Source: Phallusia mammillata (lineage: Eukaryota). From it: DNA of 64,000 nucleotides. The translations under genes were made by a program, and so were the position numbers. The number at the start of each line of letters is the position of its first letter. The stretch's first letter is position 1. Positions 1-13,525 of the stretch are shown here, piece by piece. Below the pieces are notes generated by a model. It worked only from the letters and a program-made list of their open reading frames with translations, ran no database searches and was not told the origin of the DNA. The DNA lies in assembly GCA_965637545.1 (NCBI GenBank), contig OZ281500.1, forward strand, positions 18,662,001-18,726,000, written 5' to 3'.

Positions 1-638
1 TTTCAAACAAACCAAATACCATGTACTAAATCTCCGAGCTGTGGTACTAGGGATGTCGATGTTTTGATATAGAAAGATATTCGGTAAGGGCAAACGGTTG
101 TAACCCTACATTTTAAGTGAAAACGTATTCAGGTGTGCTAATGCCTTTGCAAGAGTGGTATGAAGTATGCACCTTGGAGTTATAAAACTTAGTGATTCCA
201 AATCAAGCCTTTAATACTGATCAACAATACTAAACGAAATCTAATGTCTTTACAAACTATTTCATACTGCCTAATGCACTTACCACAACAGCTATCTGAA
301 CTTTCCTCCATATTATTGTGGCAGAATCAGTCGCAGCAGTCACTTTCCAACTTACATATTGTCCCTATCACGTACCCTAACGCACAAAGTTTCGTGTAAC
401 AACTGTTGCGAAGGCTGAAAAACTCTTTCAAAACGTTTACTATTGTACCGAGTCGAGTCGATTCTATTATTTCGTCGCTCGACATTGTTCTCGACAAACC
501 ACATAAGATACGTCCCTTATATGGCGCATGTGATACAGTGGTGTACGATTGTTCGTAAATCGAAAGTTTGCAGCAATGTTCCATGTTTATTTTTAATATA
601 AGCTGTTGCTGCTACTGCTAGGCATAATGTCAACCTCA

Positions 639-781
639 CAGATCTCTTCTGGCAATCGTATTTTTGTACCGACGTTTCGACGTCCTATGTACAGGTCGCT
701 TCTTAGGGTAAATAACACTGATGAAGGTAACCTGTATAGGACGTCGGATCGTCGGTAAATACAATTGCCAGAAGAGCTGTA
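639..781. repeat. Imperfect inverted repeat / small foldback element
   Basis: CTCTTCTGGCAATCGTA...CGACGTCCTATGTACAGG (~644-695) is the imperfect reverse complement of CCTGTATAGGACGTCGG...CAATTGCCAGAAGAG (~731-776). Confidence 0.6.
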
Positions 782-806
782 TAAGGTTAAAATCTGCAGT
801 TACTTC

Positions 807-1656
807 CAGTGGCGTATCCAAGGGGGGGGTTTTGGGGGTCCGGACCCCCCCCTTTTCAAAAAGTTGTGCGTACATTAAATAGGCCAAAATCGTTCCGTTT
901 ACCACTGCGTGATAACAGGGAGTCGTTATCTCGAAGACGCTAGCCTTCAATCTCTTGTATTCGCTTGTTATCTAATCGCCAATTGTGACGTAACAAGGGT
1001 TTAATAAGGAGGTTTATGCGCTAACAATCGGAAAGTTACGTTCCCGCTAGTACGCTGGTAGCAGTTTTTTGCTTAGTGGTAACTGCACTAAGTGCAACAT
1101 ATCAAACTATTTTTGCATTTGAACAATGTAAAAGTGTTAAAAACGTGTAATGTTGTGTTGCTTTGATCCGCCAAACACGTAATAGTTTGTCAAAAACATT
1201 AGATCGATGTAAATCGAGTTATGTTATTAGGGTAATTTGTTACTTGCCAGGCACAATTTATGCCTTCTGCAGTTACCACCTTTAGTGCATTCGTGACTTT
1301 GCGCAACTTAACAGTAGGATTACCGCTTCAGCAAGAGATATAGTTCTTTAGAAATTGGACCCTGTTTTTTTAAGCAACGATTTTGATTACCTGACAGTCA
1401 CGCTTATTTTGCAGCTGCAGTGTGGCTGAGTAAGCTAGATAGCAGCGGCGAAATCAGAAAGCTACAAAGCTTTCGCTAAAATTGCCTGTTCTTCCTGTCA
1501 ATTAGATGGGTAGAGAAACCGCCAATTTTGGAAAAAGTGCTTTGCCGCATAACGCGTCGTTTTGAACGACGTGTGACGTCATAATGACGTCATTAGGGAT
1601 TTCCCCCAAAAAAATTGTTGGACCCCCCCCTTTAATAATTTCTGGATACGCCCCTG
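807..1656. mobile_element. Non-autonomous hAT-type DNA transposon (MITE)
   Basis: TIRs CAGTGGCGTATCCA...TGGATACGCCCCTG; perfect 8-bp TSD GTTACTTC (799-806 and 1657-1664). Confidence 0.9.
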
Positions 1657-2327
1657 GTTACTTCTATATAATGTCACTTACAAACACCTCCAAACTTGAT
1701 ATGGCTCTATTTCTTAAATTTAAAAGCTGTTACAAATCAAAAATAATGCTTTTTGATGTACAACCTTTACTTAGAAAATGAAATTAAGTAAACAAAGTGT
1801 AAAAATATGGCCAAATAATTTCTACATTACCATTGTTCGACATATTGGCTACAGCTTAGAAAATGTACAGCACGAAAAAAAACATAAACACACAATTCAC
1901 AGGTTGGAAAAGCAAAAAAAAATCACAGCCAATCAGACCGAATTTCGAGGGCAGTTTCAAGGGCAATTTCAAACACAACAAATTGCACCGACTTCCAACT
2001 TACATTTCCATGTAACCAACTTTAATTATACTACATCTCACACATAAAGTGTGTTTTATATTCGGCAGTTGGCTTTTCTGAAGTTTAACAATCTATATGG
2101 TGTAAATCGTGTTTTTTTGTTAAATTTTGGTACAAACAAAACCAAAAATAAGCGAATATTCCGGAGTGAAGTGCATATGGGCTGCATGTTACAAACCATT
2201 TTTATTAATGATAATAAATCCATTGCTTAACATCAACTTGTTATGTCGATGTAATCCATACTATAGGCGAGAACGTGTTGTAGTCATTTTAATAAGCCTA
2301 ATGGCCAGTAATATTGTTCACAACGTT

Positions 2328-3035
2328 TCATGTCCTTGGTGGCTCTGATTCTTCAGGAATGTTAGGAATGTCAAACGATTGGTCGTAACTTGGCGGTTCA
2401 ACGAGAATCTCATCGTATGCAGGCGGCGGAGGCATCTCAATTCCCGGCAATCCTTGCAGTCTTGCGACCGAGCCAATATTAAGGCTCTCATAAGGTGGTG
2501 CCTCGTCGTCGTAATAACTAATCCCATGAGCGGAGCCGATTGTGTCCGAAACACAGCAGCACCACCCTGGCCATTTGTGTTTCTTTCCACAGAATAGGAA
2601 AGCTACCAGTGTGAGAATAGTAATACATACAAAGGCCACTGCAAAGGTGATTACTAGGGTTCTGTTGTTGTTTGTGAGCGCGACTGTAAGAAAAACTGGC
2701 AGAGTCAAACCCAGCATATACAGCAGAAGGATCCGGAAATTCCGTAGCATTCTACGCCTGGCGTCTAAAAAATAATAAATAGTCTAAAATGTTTGAATGT
2801 GAAACTATAGCAAATAACGGTCCTTAACTTTTATTTACCTTGATATTTTTTTGTAAATTTACAAAAAATTTTCTTTTCAAATCATAGTTAAGGTATTTCA
2901 TTTTATGTGTAGGTTAACACAAACGTTTCTGACTACAGAAGGCCTGATATAAGATGTTATAACTTATCATTTGCTGATTAAAACAAAGAACTCACTTTGT
3001 CTTCGCCTGCGTTCCCGCCTTGTTTCGTTACTCAT
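2328..3035 (-). CDS. Array A gene A1: two-TM membrane protein with Cys cluster and PPxY tail
   Basis: Exons 3035-2996 (MSNETRRERRRRQ, donor GTGAGT, phase 1) and 2764-2328 (acceptor TTTTTAG). A possible further in-frame exon at 3499-3421 would splice into 3043. Two hydrophobic helices, then WCCC, APPY, PPAY, PPSY. Confidence 0.75.
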
Positions 3036-4861
3036 GATCAATGCTTTGTACAAATATGTTTGTGTATTCCTCAAAAAGCTACATTACGCACACACAAAAT
3101 GGATCATAACAAAGCACTGCAAAAATAAAATTCATTTCCAAGCTTTTTGCGTGGCGTATATAGCAATAACGCACTGTACTATTAAAAGTAATTTCATGTT
3201 TTAATAAAAATAAAATGATTTAACTGACAAACACTGCCTTTGCTAAATTAGTGTTCATTCTTTTAAATGTGTGTTTCAGAGATCTGTTGACAAATCTTTT
3301 CTATTGATACAGCACATCTCAAAATGAATTTACAAAGCATTTATTTAGCACAGTAAGTACTGTTTTTTGTACCATGTATCTAAGCGTTTAATCATCTACA
3401 CTAAGCAGAAAAGTACTTACATTCGTCAGCCAAAACAAATCCAGCACTAACGCCGCCAGCTAATATTGTGCCTGAGTGGATCAAATCAACATGAAACATG
3501 ATCTAGCATTCGCATTGTTACCGAACAATCCCTGTTTTGACTCTTTGTCCTGGATTCCAGATAAGAACTGTGCGATTGTTATCTTAGGCTAGACTCGTTG
3601 GCTGGTACTTTCTAGTTTCTAGCTATGCACTGAATTTCAGGTATGTTCTGCCTAACTTGGCCAAGACACGCGAAATTTACAGCTAATCATAAGTGCTTTA
3701 ATGCTAACAATTGGACCACACTGGGCTGACTAACTGACCTGTAGAAATGGATGTTTTGCATGTTCTTAACCTTTCCCCAATTTGTGAATTTGACAACTTT
3801 TTCGCATTTTTAACGCCAGAAGCAAAAGGTTACTTTTAATGTTAACATCCCTGTAACAAATTCTTATTTCAGAAAAGTGAACTTAAAGATAATATTAATA
3901 TTTATTTGTCACAACAGTAGACATATACGGAAGTCACAGGTCGTGGTTATATTGACTCCTGAAACATACATATACAGTAAGTGCAAGAAAAACATACAAT
4001 TGCTATTTGCATATATACGTTGCTGAAATCGATTTGCATAAAAAAGAATAATATAAACAAACACACAAAAACTTTGATGAAGTGTGTTCATCAAAATACT
4101 GGTTTGGCAACAAAACTACATTGGCTATTAAGATGTTTCGAGGTTGTTGTTACTTCTTGAAGCTCTGTTTATATTGAACTTAACCATTATATTAAAAAAA
4201 ATACAATGCATATTAGGGCCACAAAGCCAACTTTGCGAAACTTCAATGCAGATGTTTCAGTAACCGCGCAGCGGAAACACGTAGAAAAAAGTAGTTGCTG
4301 TGTACAGTATGTAAAAAATCATTAGACTTTGTTGTGCACAACTGCACATACAACCCGATTTTCATGACGCAGTTTAGAATCTGTCAATCAAACATTATTA
4401 ACCGGCTTCTTATATTTTAAAAGCAGTGGTGTCCAATGTGCGACGTACGCTTTATGGAACTTGGTTGAACAAAGGCTTTGGCGTATTAAGTTGCATTCGG
4501 TGAAACAATAACTTTTGAAAGTAAGAAGATATATATCGACGAATCTGATTAAACCAAACTTTTCTGTGCGATTGAGCGGACAATTTTTTAAGGCTACGGT
4601 TTTCAATTATACGAGTTTGTCGATTAATCAGTATGCAAGTAAGCGAATTCGTCTCTATGCCACCCCTACATGAGGGGCGTTTGGATTTAGTGGTTATTGC
4701 GTTGGGTATTGGCAAAATGGTCATCAACCACTGCTCTGCCTTTTCTGTATATTCAACACATCAATTTTATAAAGCAAAATTCCAAGGTCTTTTCCTGCAC
4801 CAAGACTCTTTAGTTTATATTTGCATACAAAAGATGCATTCCGCTTTGACTCCTTTGCTAG

Positions 4862-6181
4862 TTAAAGCACCTCTACTCGAAATTCCCCTCCGTCCCCAGC
4901 AGGCGGACTACTGCGTTGCATAGAAGGTGTATATCGTGGCGGTAGATCGTAATATCCCGGTAAACCTTGTTCTCGGGTCTGCCTTCGTACTTCGTCGTAG
5001 CTAGGCGGTGGTGCATTGTTCGCCCCAGACTCCTGCGAGCTTTTGCGACATTGTAAAACGTCCATGCACGACTCGACCAGGCACTTGCCGATTAGGTAAA
5101 TCACATACAGGGGCAGGATGGCGACAATTAAGACGACGATTAATAAATAACAAGGAATAAATAACAGCTGGAAGATTCCGCAGTCTTTTTCTGAAACTAA
5201 AAATAAAAAGGCATGAGCTTATAAGTTACCTAGCTCTTGAGAACGATTCGAGTTCGGACTCGAATTTGCGGCCCGTTACAACTCTGATTTTGCAAAAGCT
5301 TCTACCACCTACAGTGTTCAGTACAGTACGAACTTTCTGTACACACAACATTGCCTGGACAGCGCTTTAATACCTTTTGTCAACGGCATATTTTACCCTG
5401 AACTTAAAATTACGATTTTCTAAAAACCTGAACCGGAGTTGAACCCCATATTTTGTTTGGCGTCTGTTTTATAATTTGTGATTTTTTTTTCAAAACAGTG
5501 AAGAATACGCGAGATGTAGGGCGTGTCAAAAATAACAGTGCACCAGTAAAATTCTTTTGTAGTTTGATAAGGCCAGGTAGATAATGGGTAGAATTAAATT
5601 AAAATAAATAATAATTTGAACCGGTTTAAAAACCGCAAACCGGTTCGGACCGGATAATTTGCCCAAACCGGAACAAAACCCGAACCCGAAAATATACATT
5701 TTTAAAAACCTGAACCGAACCCGAACCCTTAAAAACAAAAACAAGTGAACCCGAACCGAGCCTGAACCCATATGACAAGCGGTTCGACTGCTTGGCTATA
5801 AGTTACCAAATTCAATTTATTGCCGAAAAACTGATGCATTTTGTTCTAGTTCGCAACCGTTGTTTTGCAGTACAGCTTGTTACCTTGTGTAAGGTCACAA
5901 TTAAACCATTGTGGTGAAATAATTACATACCGAATAGTTGCGACTAAAGCACGAGTTAATCAACCCATTTGTTATACGATACAGCCACATGGACGCCATT
6001 TTTGTGCCCCAAAAATTGCAGCGAATATATGAGGCCACGGTGTTAGAGCCCTTATTTTCAATACCAACGGTTTTTTTACGCAAATTAAAAATCAAAGAGG
6101 AAAGTAAACAATATGTGTACAATAGTACACTATTGTTTTACTACGTAAATACACACCATTGCTTTGTCCATCTTCTGCCAT
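4862..6181 (-). CDS. Array A gene A2: Cys-flanked membrane protein with PPxY tail
   Basis: Exon 6181-6157 (MAEDGQSN, 25 nt, phase 1, G|GTGTGT) plus exon 5190-4862 (TTTCAG acceptor): EKDCGIFQLLFIPCYLLIVVLIVAILPLYVIYLIGKC...PPPSYDE...QGLPGYYDLPPRY...RVEVL. The first exon is less certain than the second. Confidence 0.75.
5420..5790. repeat. CCGAACC/AACCG-rich degenerate repeat (probable MITE remnant) in the A2 intron
   Basis: Multiple AACCGAACCCGAACC/AACCGG units. Related CCCGA-rich tracts lie at ~37750-37915 and ~39040-39065. Confidence 0.5.
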
Positions 6182-6672
6182 CTTGCATTCCAACAACACT
6201 TCTTGAAGTTAAAAGCATATGTCTACTCGAACGCATCCCCGCCACCTCATATTACACATGTTAATTTCAAAACCGCTTGTGTGGCTTCTATACACTTTTG
6301 AACAAAAAATACATTAAAGAAGACAAGAAAAATACGTACATACTGTACTGTCGTTTTTGCCATTGTAACCTAGCATTCAAACTTCTCAGCCTCTCATACA
6401 TTCAACAGCTATGAATCTGGACCAGAAATCTATGCCCGATCTCAATCCACATTAAGTTAGAGATTGTTTGCTTAACACACCCCTCTATTTACACTAACAT
6501 AGTGAATAAGGTATATTGGATACCTATGAAGTGACGCACATTTCATATGACTTGCACATTTCATTCCGCGAACTAGTTTCGCTTGGTTCATTAAAATTTA
6601 TACCCTGAAATATTAGACAATTGAAACCGTAGAAGGAACTCTGATATTGAAACTATAAACTTTAATTTATAC

Positions 6673-6872
6673 CAGTGGTTCTCAAACTCGGTTTTCGGGG
6701 CCACATGCGGCTCCCAACTACTTATTTTGCGGCTCGCACCAGATCTCAGAAAACCACCAAAGATTGCTATTTTAGCTTTTAAAGTCATAATCTTTAGTGA
6801 TTTTCTCAAGGCTCCCTACACACTTAAAAAATACCATTTGGCCCCGACCATAAAAAAGTTTGAGAACCACTG
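6673..6872. mobile_element. hAT-type MITE
   Basis: TIRs CAGTGGTTCTCAAAC...GTTTGAGAACCACTG; TSD ATTTATAC on both sides. Confidence 0.9.
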
Positions 6873-8058
6873 ATTTATACCCTGCAATGAAACCATACAC
6901 GCAACACTGTATTTGAAACTAGTATAGACTTTAAAAATGAGATAAGATTTATGCTTTTATATTGACATAGTCGACCAAAAACCTTGTTTGCAAACATACT
7001 GTAACTGATACACGATTAAGGCTTTGGCCATGTTAATATTCCAGTGTGTCTGAGCGTTTAGCCTTGCTAAAACTGTAGAAATACTTTCATAAAACTATGC
7101 AATAATTGTTCGCACTTTATGCTACACTGAATTTAGTAGCTCATCGCTTTATATCGTACTGTTTCTTTGTTGCCGTAAACTGTACACCAGCTTAAACTTC
7201 TCTATCTGTTAAATCGTTGTTATGTTTAGCTACAATCGGTCTTTTGTTGGTCCCGGCTTCAAATCAACAATAAGAGCTTTACATAACGTCGAGTGTGGAT
7301 TCAAAGAACGTCGCCCTACAGGTACGATAGTGTTACAGGTTCTATGACAGGTTAAAGCTGGAATCTTATTGTTATGGACCCGGGTAACCAAACTATGGTA
7401 AATTTATCATACCTACTGCATGTTGTCCAGAATGTTCTGATGTACAGACATAATTAATATCAGTTGTTAAACGAAAAAACGCTAATTAGGATTAAGCCCA
7501 TTTAACTACATATGACAACAATTCTTAAATTTACTCGTAAACCTGAGTTATAAGCGGGACCAAAATTCCCGAAAGTATATAAGCCCTGTGCAAACACGAA
7601 TCGCTTTTGAGAAGCAAACACCCTTGATAAGCTTAAAAATGTTATACTAAATGTCAAAGACTCTGTTGCGGCAACAAGTGGTTGAAAAGTTTTTTTAACA
7701 TTACGTGAATTACAGAAAGTTCCGAATTATTTATATAAACTAGGCGAGTTATCTAGATTTTTTATGTTTGTAAGTTATGAGGTGTGTTTGAAAACATCTT
7801 ATATTAAACCCTTATCCTCTTCTAGATGAGCGGATGTAAATTAAAAAATCAAATAAATTCGGAAATAATTTCCTAGTCAATCGAAAGATTTATGACGCCA
7901 CACTAAGTCGTATCATACGCGTTTAACATGAAAGGTTTCATAAGTTTCTAAACATATTAGGCAAACAGGGGTGCTACACAGCAGAATAGTTGTGTTTAGT
8001 GTACAAGATAAATTGCTAATATCAACTTAGTCTTCTTCTGTTATGGATACATCTAGAG

Positions 8059-8257
8059 CAGTGGTTCTTAACCTTTTTTCCTTGCTGCACCCCTCTCAAA
8101 TCACCAACCAATTTTCGCACCCCCTTTCAAATCACCAACCAAATTTCGCTCCCTTTTCTGTAATTGCTTAAATAGAATAGACCTAACCAACCTTAATGAT
8201 TCAGTATCCCCCGCACCCCATAGGAACAGTTCTCGCACCCCTGGTTAAGAACCCCTG
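8059..8257. mobile_element. hAT-type MITE (same family as 20514-20707)
   Basis: TIRs CAGTGGTTCTTAACC...GGTTAAGAACCCCTG; TSD ATCTAGAG. Confidence 0.9.
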
Positions 8258-9166
8258 ATCTAGAGGTAGACCTGTTATTCTTGGCTAGGATAGCATACTT
8301 CTGAAACCAACAAGGTTAGCATTTTCATATAATGCGCCAGACACGAGTTTTGTCCAAAACCAGAGCAGAGTAGTTGGGTCAGTCAAGTTGCATTTCATGA
8401 TCTGGTTTGAATTAAGTATAACAGAAGGCTACTTTCTTAACACCTCAAAAGCTTCGGCGTACCGCAAGTTGTAAGCCACTGGTTTATGGGATCTACCTAA
8501 CGCTTTGAATAATTTCAATCTTTTCACACAATTTCGATGAGAATTTGCTTTTACTAACTTTAACCAAATTTTGTGTATTATCAACAAATTACAGTTTACT
8601 GTCGCTTTGGAATAGACTTTCGGCAAGCAAAATGTGATTGCTTCAAATTTTCTATGAAAATATAGAAATGTCCGTTTCCGTTAGCCTGTAGTATTTTCCA
8701 CTGCACAGGTTTTGTAATTAGTAAACATTAGCAAACTTGCTGTACCGTGATCTTCATAGTGTTTTTTTACCGGTTTATTTAACACTGAAGCATAATCCCT
8801 TACATTTTCTTCCACCACAACGATCAAACAATATACGAAAAGGGTATAACTACAAAACTTGTCAAAAACCAAACACATAAACAAGAAACAACGACATATC
8901 TTCAATTTACAATGAGTACAATTTGTGGACATTTAAAAAAATCAACTTGTTTGGGTTCTGGTGTACAATGCGGTATCAGTTGGAATTATAATCTGTGACA
9001 CAAAAACACTAACAGTGCGTTAGTCACTTGTCTATAAAGACAACGATCCAATAAAGACAACACAACCACACAAACTATGTAAAGTGTTTGATTTAGCCAA
9101 AAAAAATTACATAACAAAAGTGGAAAGATACAAAACACCATTCATATCCGCATACTTTCATGGGTC

Positions 9167-9998
9167 CTAAACATACTGTACTGTTTGCACAGTTGGCACT
9201 GGCTGAACATTTTGCATGGTTTGCATTGGATGAATGGTTTGCATTGGTTGAACAGTTTGCATGGTTTGCAATGGTTGCATGGTTTGCATTGGTTGAATGG
9301 TTTGCATTGGTTGCATGGTTTGTAATGGCTGAACGGTTTGTATGGTTTGTACAGTTTGAACCGGACCACCTCCTGGTTGCACATTAGTTACACCACCTGG
9401 CTCTCCCCTGAAGTACGACCACATTCTAGTGTGTGGAGCAACTGTAGCCTGCTGCTGTTCTTCGTTTTTCTTTTTATTATAGCAGTAGACGATCAACAGA
9501 TAGATGAGGTAGAATGGAATGATCACAAGCACGAGTGCGATTATAAGTAGATAGAACGAGAGTTTCAAAATAAGCCAGATGCACTCGCTGCAATCTGCAA
9601 AATTTATTTAAAAGAAAATTTATTTAAACTATTGTCATTCTAACGAAAGCTTGTTTCAAACCAGTCACCTCACAAGATTGATTACTCATTTTTATGTTGC
9701 TTGATCTATGCAGGATGCTTAGTGTTTCAAACCTGGCTGTTTTTACGAAAAATATTTACAAGTTTTATTTGACAAACCATTCCTGCAAACTTGTGCAAAA
9801 CGAGACAAAACTTTTTCTGATTGGAAAGAGTGTTTGACTTTCTTTAAACTTGTAAACTTACTTTAAAATTGCAGCACGTTTATATATCATTGTGAAAAAA
9901 ACAAAAACATTAATGCTATTGCGATGTAGTTTAATCTTACAAGCTTTGAACTTACCTACGCTATCATCTTCCACAACGTATACGTTGGTTCTGCCCAT
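9167..9998 (-). CDS. Array A gene A3: Cys-flanked membrane protein with xQx tripeptide-repeat tail
   Basis: Exon 9998-9956 (MGRTNVYVVEDDSV, G|GTAAG, phase 1) plus exon 9594-9167 (TTTTGCAG): DCSECIWLILKLSFYLLIIALVLVIIPFYLIYLLIVYC...APHTRMWSYFRG...(VQT/MQP)n VQYV. Confidence 0.85.
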
Positions 9999-10489
9999 TT
10001 TCCTCAGTGTAGTGAATTGCCGCTACTATATATCTACAACTGCAATCAAAAGTCCTTGCTATTTTGACTTCAGCTAGCTTCCCGGTGTCCCTAAGCGACT
10101 GGAATGTCCCATACACCCCATATCTGTTTCACGATTTCAGAGATACTGTTGGCTGTCAGTCTTTTTAAACAAAAGCTGCTTATCGTCCTTGTAACTGATC
10201 CAGCAGAAAGAATCGCTTCTATAACTCCCTATAGGTTTTACTGGTCTTGGGTTACTTCTTTGCCTTCATTTCACTATCTCACAAGTCTGTTTTGGTAAGC
10301 TTATGTTATAAAAACAACTGTTGTAAGATTAGGCTGTTGTACGTTTTTCGCATACTTGTTCTGTTGTTTACAGGGGTGCCAGTGCCTTTGGCACTCGGAA
10401 TTTGCTATACACATTTCAATCATGGTTCAAAAGGAATCGAGTTGATACTTAACTTGCGACAGGACTTATTCCGAATGTTGGTATAATGT

Positions 10490-10845
10490 GCGAAAACATG
10501 TGCAAGTGCCAAAATGTGCGGGTAAGAATGTTCAGACATTTCTCAAAAAAAGTACAAGTGTAAAAATGTGCAATTGCCAAAATGTGCAGTTTAAAATGTT
10601 CACACATTTCTAAAAAAAGCGCACGTTCAAAAATGTGCAAGTGCCAAAATGTGCAGGTCAAAATGGTCACACATTTCTAAAAAAAGTGCCCGTGCCAAAA
10701 TGTGCAATTGCCATAATGTGGAATTGCCAAATTGTGCAGGTCAAAATATTCACACATTCTAAAAAATGTGCACGTACAAAAATTTGCAAGTGTAAAAATG
10801 TACAGGTCAAAATGTTCACACATTTCTCGAAAATGTGCAGGTACA
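10490..10845. repeat. Degenerate tandem repeat (AAAATGTGCA-based units with higher-order ~50-bp structure)
   Basis: Repeated AAAATGTGCAAGTGCC / AAAATGTGCAGGTC / AAAATGTTCACACATTTCT units. Confidence 0.8.
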
Positions 10846-12265
10846 AAATTTTTATTGCTTCATTATTTCCCATTAAATCAAAATCACTGACCAGCTTGGT
10901 CATAATCATCTGATCACTTTGTTGCATTGATTTCAAGTTTACTACCACTTATAGATGCTAGGCACAAAGTGTTGGTACATTTTTTGTCCACATTAGCAGG
11001 CTACGGCTACATAGTATTTTGAAAACAATAATGATGATGGTGATAAATGTTTAGGACTACATATCTAGTTTAAAAACTATTTTCATATTTTAAATCCTGG
11101 ACAAGTTTATGCTTTGCCACATCTAACAAACAAATATGCATTTTCCAAGTTAACGAAATATTTCTTGCACAATTTATAACGACTAAACTAATAAAACATT
11201 TGACATAGCTTGACGTTTAATATCCATGTTTAGCATTTGTTTTTGATATTATGCTAAAAGAAAACAAACAGACATAAAGAGGAACAAATATAATTTATTT
11301 CAAAACCTAATACAATCCTAAAAATATCGCTAATTTTCGATTAAGGGCAAACAGAGCATATTTCAAAGCAAGTTGTGTAAAAATGCTGACGGTTAAGGTG
11401 ATTGGGGTTGAGGTGAGGTTTTATAATAATAATAACAATAAAACCAATGTATAAACTTAGTTCCTTACTTTGAATTTAGTTCGCAAACCCTCACCCAGTC
11501 TCAATGTTAATTTAAATAACTGTGCTCTGTACGCTCTCCATTGAAAATTAGGATTTTTTTTGTGATATGTGTTCTTACGTCCGTAGCTCTACCCAGTTTC
11601 CTCTCTGAACTGTAGGATCTCTTCTAATTTAAAAGGATTTGACTTACAATTAATTAGTTAAAATATGCTGCTCGTATTGAATTTAGTCGTCAATATAAAG
11701 TGGAAATAGAAGTACTGTAGTTTCCCAGAGCCGATGCACGAGCCGCCACCAATCTCGAGATCTGATTGCACCAATACCACTTTACTTAGTCTGCATTTTG
11801 CCACAAAGACATGTTTGTTGTACTTGCTTGCTTGGATTTCCTATTACGTTATCTTTCATACTTTATCTTCTGCTTTTAAAAAAATAAAAAATGCTTTACA
11901 ACATTACACCATTTATTTGTAAACGTGTCGATTATCAAGTTAAACTGTAGACTTCATGCTACCTTTGCATGTTGCACACAGTCGTTGGCAGGGATTAGTT
12001 TACTAACTAACATTGGTGGGTTAAACAAATAATAAAGTTAAACAAGCAATTGGGTATAAAAGTTAAGCAGGTATTGCGCACACATTTCTCAATAGACACA
12101 AATCTACAAATGCACAATTTTTTATGACCAGCCATGTTTCTCTAAATGTATATTAGCACATTTCCAAATCAGCGGAATTGCTCATTGCAATGTTTTTCAT
12201 TAGGATTTAGAAACAATTACTGCATGCAAATATGTACAGATATGTTACAGATATTTGTTTTGATT

Positions 12266-13209
12266 TTAGGACTGTACCCTCCCGACTTGCACCCTCTCAC
12301 TGACTGTCGCCACACCGTCCCGTATTTCAACTCGTTTCTGAACTCTAAAATATTGCACAACTCTTTGGGGCGCGTCCATAACTGACACAGCAGCGGGTGG
12401 TTCTTCTCTAACATTGTCGTCTTCATCGCTACAGCAACATCGCCAGCAGTATCCGAGGAGCTTGAACAGCAAGTACAGCAGGTAGAAGGGGAAAATGGCA
12501 ATAAGAAGGATGCAACATATGCAATCACAAAGGGTCAGTTCTGTACAAGAAAACATTTTAGCAGGCGAACCACAGCTGCAAGCAAGCCCGAAATTTAAAC
12601 CCGAACATAAAATTATGAGCCCAAACCAGTGCCGGGTTGTCAACTAAAAAATTACAACTATCAGTGTCTACTCATTTTAAAGTGGCCTGGATTTTTGACT
12701 GGCCTGTAGGCACGTGCTTACTTTGCCTAATGGTTAATCCAGCACTGGTCCGACCCTACCCGAATCGTTTTGGAAAAGTCCATTTAGGACCGAAAGTTTA
12801 ATTGACAGGCCTCTATAAGACATACACAATCGAAAATGGTGGACAATGGGTTAAACAAGACGTTTTAGGACTGTTGGACGTTATAAATTCAATCCAGCAA
12901 TATTTCCAGCAACTAGCTACGCATCTTGGTGATTTAGATTTGAAAAAATACGGACACAGAACGTCAGGCCCAGATTTAAGCCAGTTTGATACCAAAACGA
13001 AGCGGCACGAACTCGAGTCAATAAGCTCAGACCGACTTACAACTCTGAGGCAAACTATAACCGGAGAATGTAAATGCAACACGTTGTGGTGCAAAATTCA
13101 ACCAGTGTGTGCTGGTTTATAATTTATATGCAACTGTAACGGTTTGCAATTATTCAATCGTAAGTAGTTGTCAATTTTGTTTACCTCTATCTTCATTTCT
13201 GGTCGGCAT
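12266..13209 (-). CDS. Array A gene A4: Cys-rich membrane protein with beta-hairpin tail
   Basis: Exon 13209-13185 (MPTRNEDR, G|GTAAAC) plus exon 12540-12266 (TACAG acceptor): ELTLCDCICCILLIAIFPFYLLYLLFKLLGYCWRCCC...RVVQYFRVQKRVEIRDGVATVSERVQVGRVQS. Confidence 0.85.
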
Positions 13210-13525
13210 TGCGATCCCGGTTTATTCAGCTCTTGAGCTCTGGTATTAAGTAAGGTCTAAAAGGAGGGTAAAAAACATAAAAAACACAGTACATTACTAT
13301 CTTAAAATACAACACCTTAACATTATGCAATTACCTATAAAACCTCACTGTTTGCGAAAGTGGAGTTTTAAACATTGACAATATAAAGTAAAATATTTGT
13401 GATAAATGATAACGTTACCTCAAGACATTTTATGTATCGAAGATCAATGCAAACTAAATGTGAAGTATGCCAGTAAGGTTCCCTAACTAAACGTTACATC
13501 TCACTCAACTTGTGCACAAGAAAAT

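Noticed and set aside
327-584. 85-aa Cys-containing ORF on the minus strand
   Set aside because: No recognisable domain, TM segment, paralog or splice support; cannot be distinguished from a chance ORF.
10449-10948. Overlapping repetitive ORFs / CRISPR-like periodicity
   Set aside because: Degenerate tandem repeat without unique spacers and with no cas genes in a eukaryotic context; the ORFs are by-products of the repeat.
12266-12295. VQVG in the A4 C-terminus resembles the RIPK3 RHIM core
   Set aside because: Paralogs have VQVV, VDIR, VRMT and IQFK, and the flanking RHIM consensus is missing; probably coincidental.
12541-12643. Signal-peptide-like N-terminal extension of the ORF-track model for A4 (similar extensions for A5 and A10)
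   Set aside because: Lies upstream of a splice acceptor at the position used by all paralogs; this is intronic read-through, and the real start is in the small upstream exon.
12802-13122. 106-aa plus-strand ORF
   Set aside because: Lies antisense in the A4 intron, starts at TTG and overlaps a repeat terminus (CCGACTTACAACTCTG).
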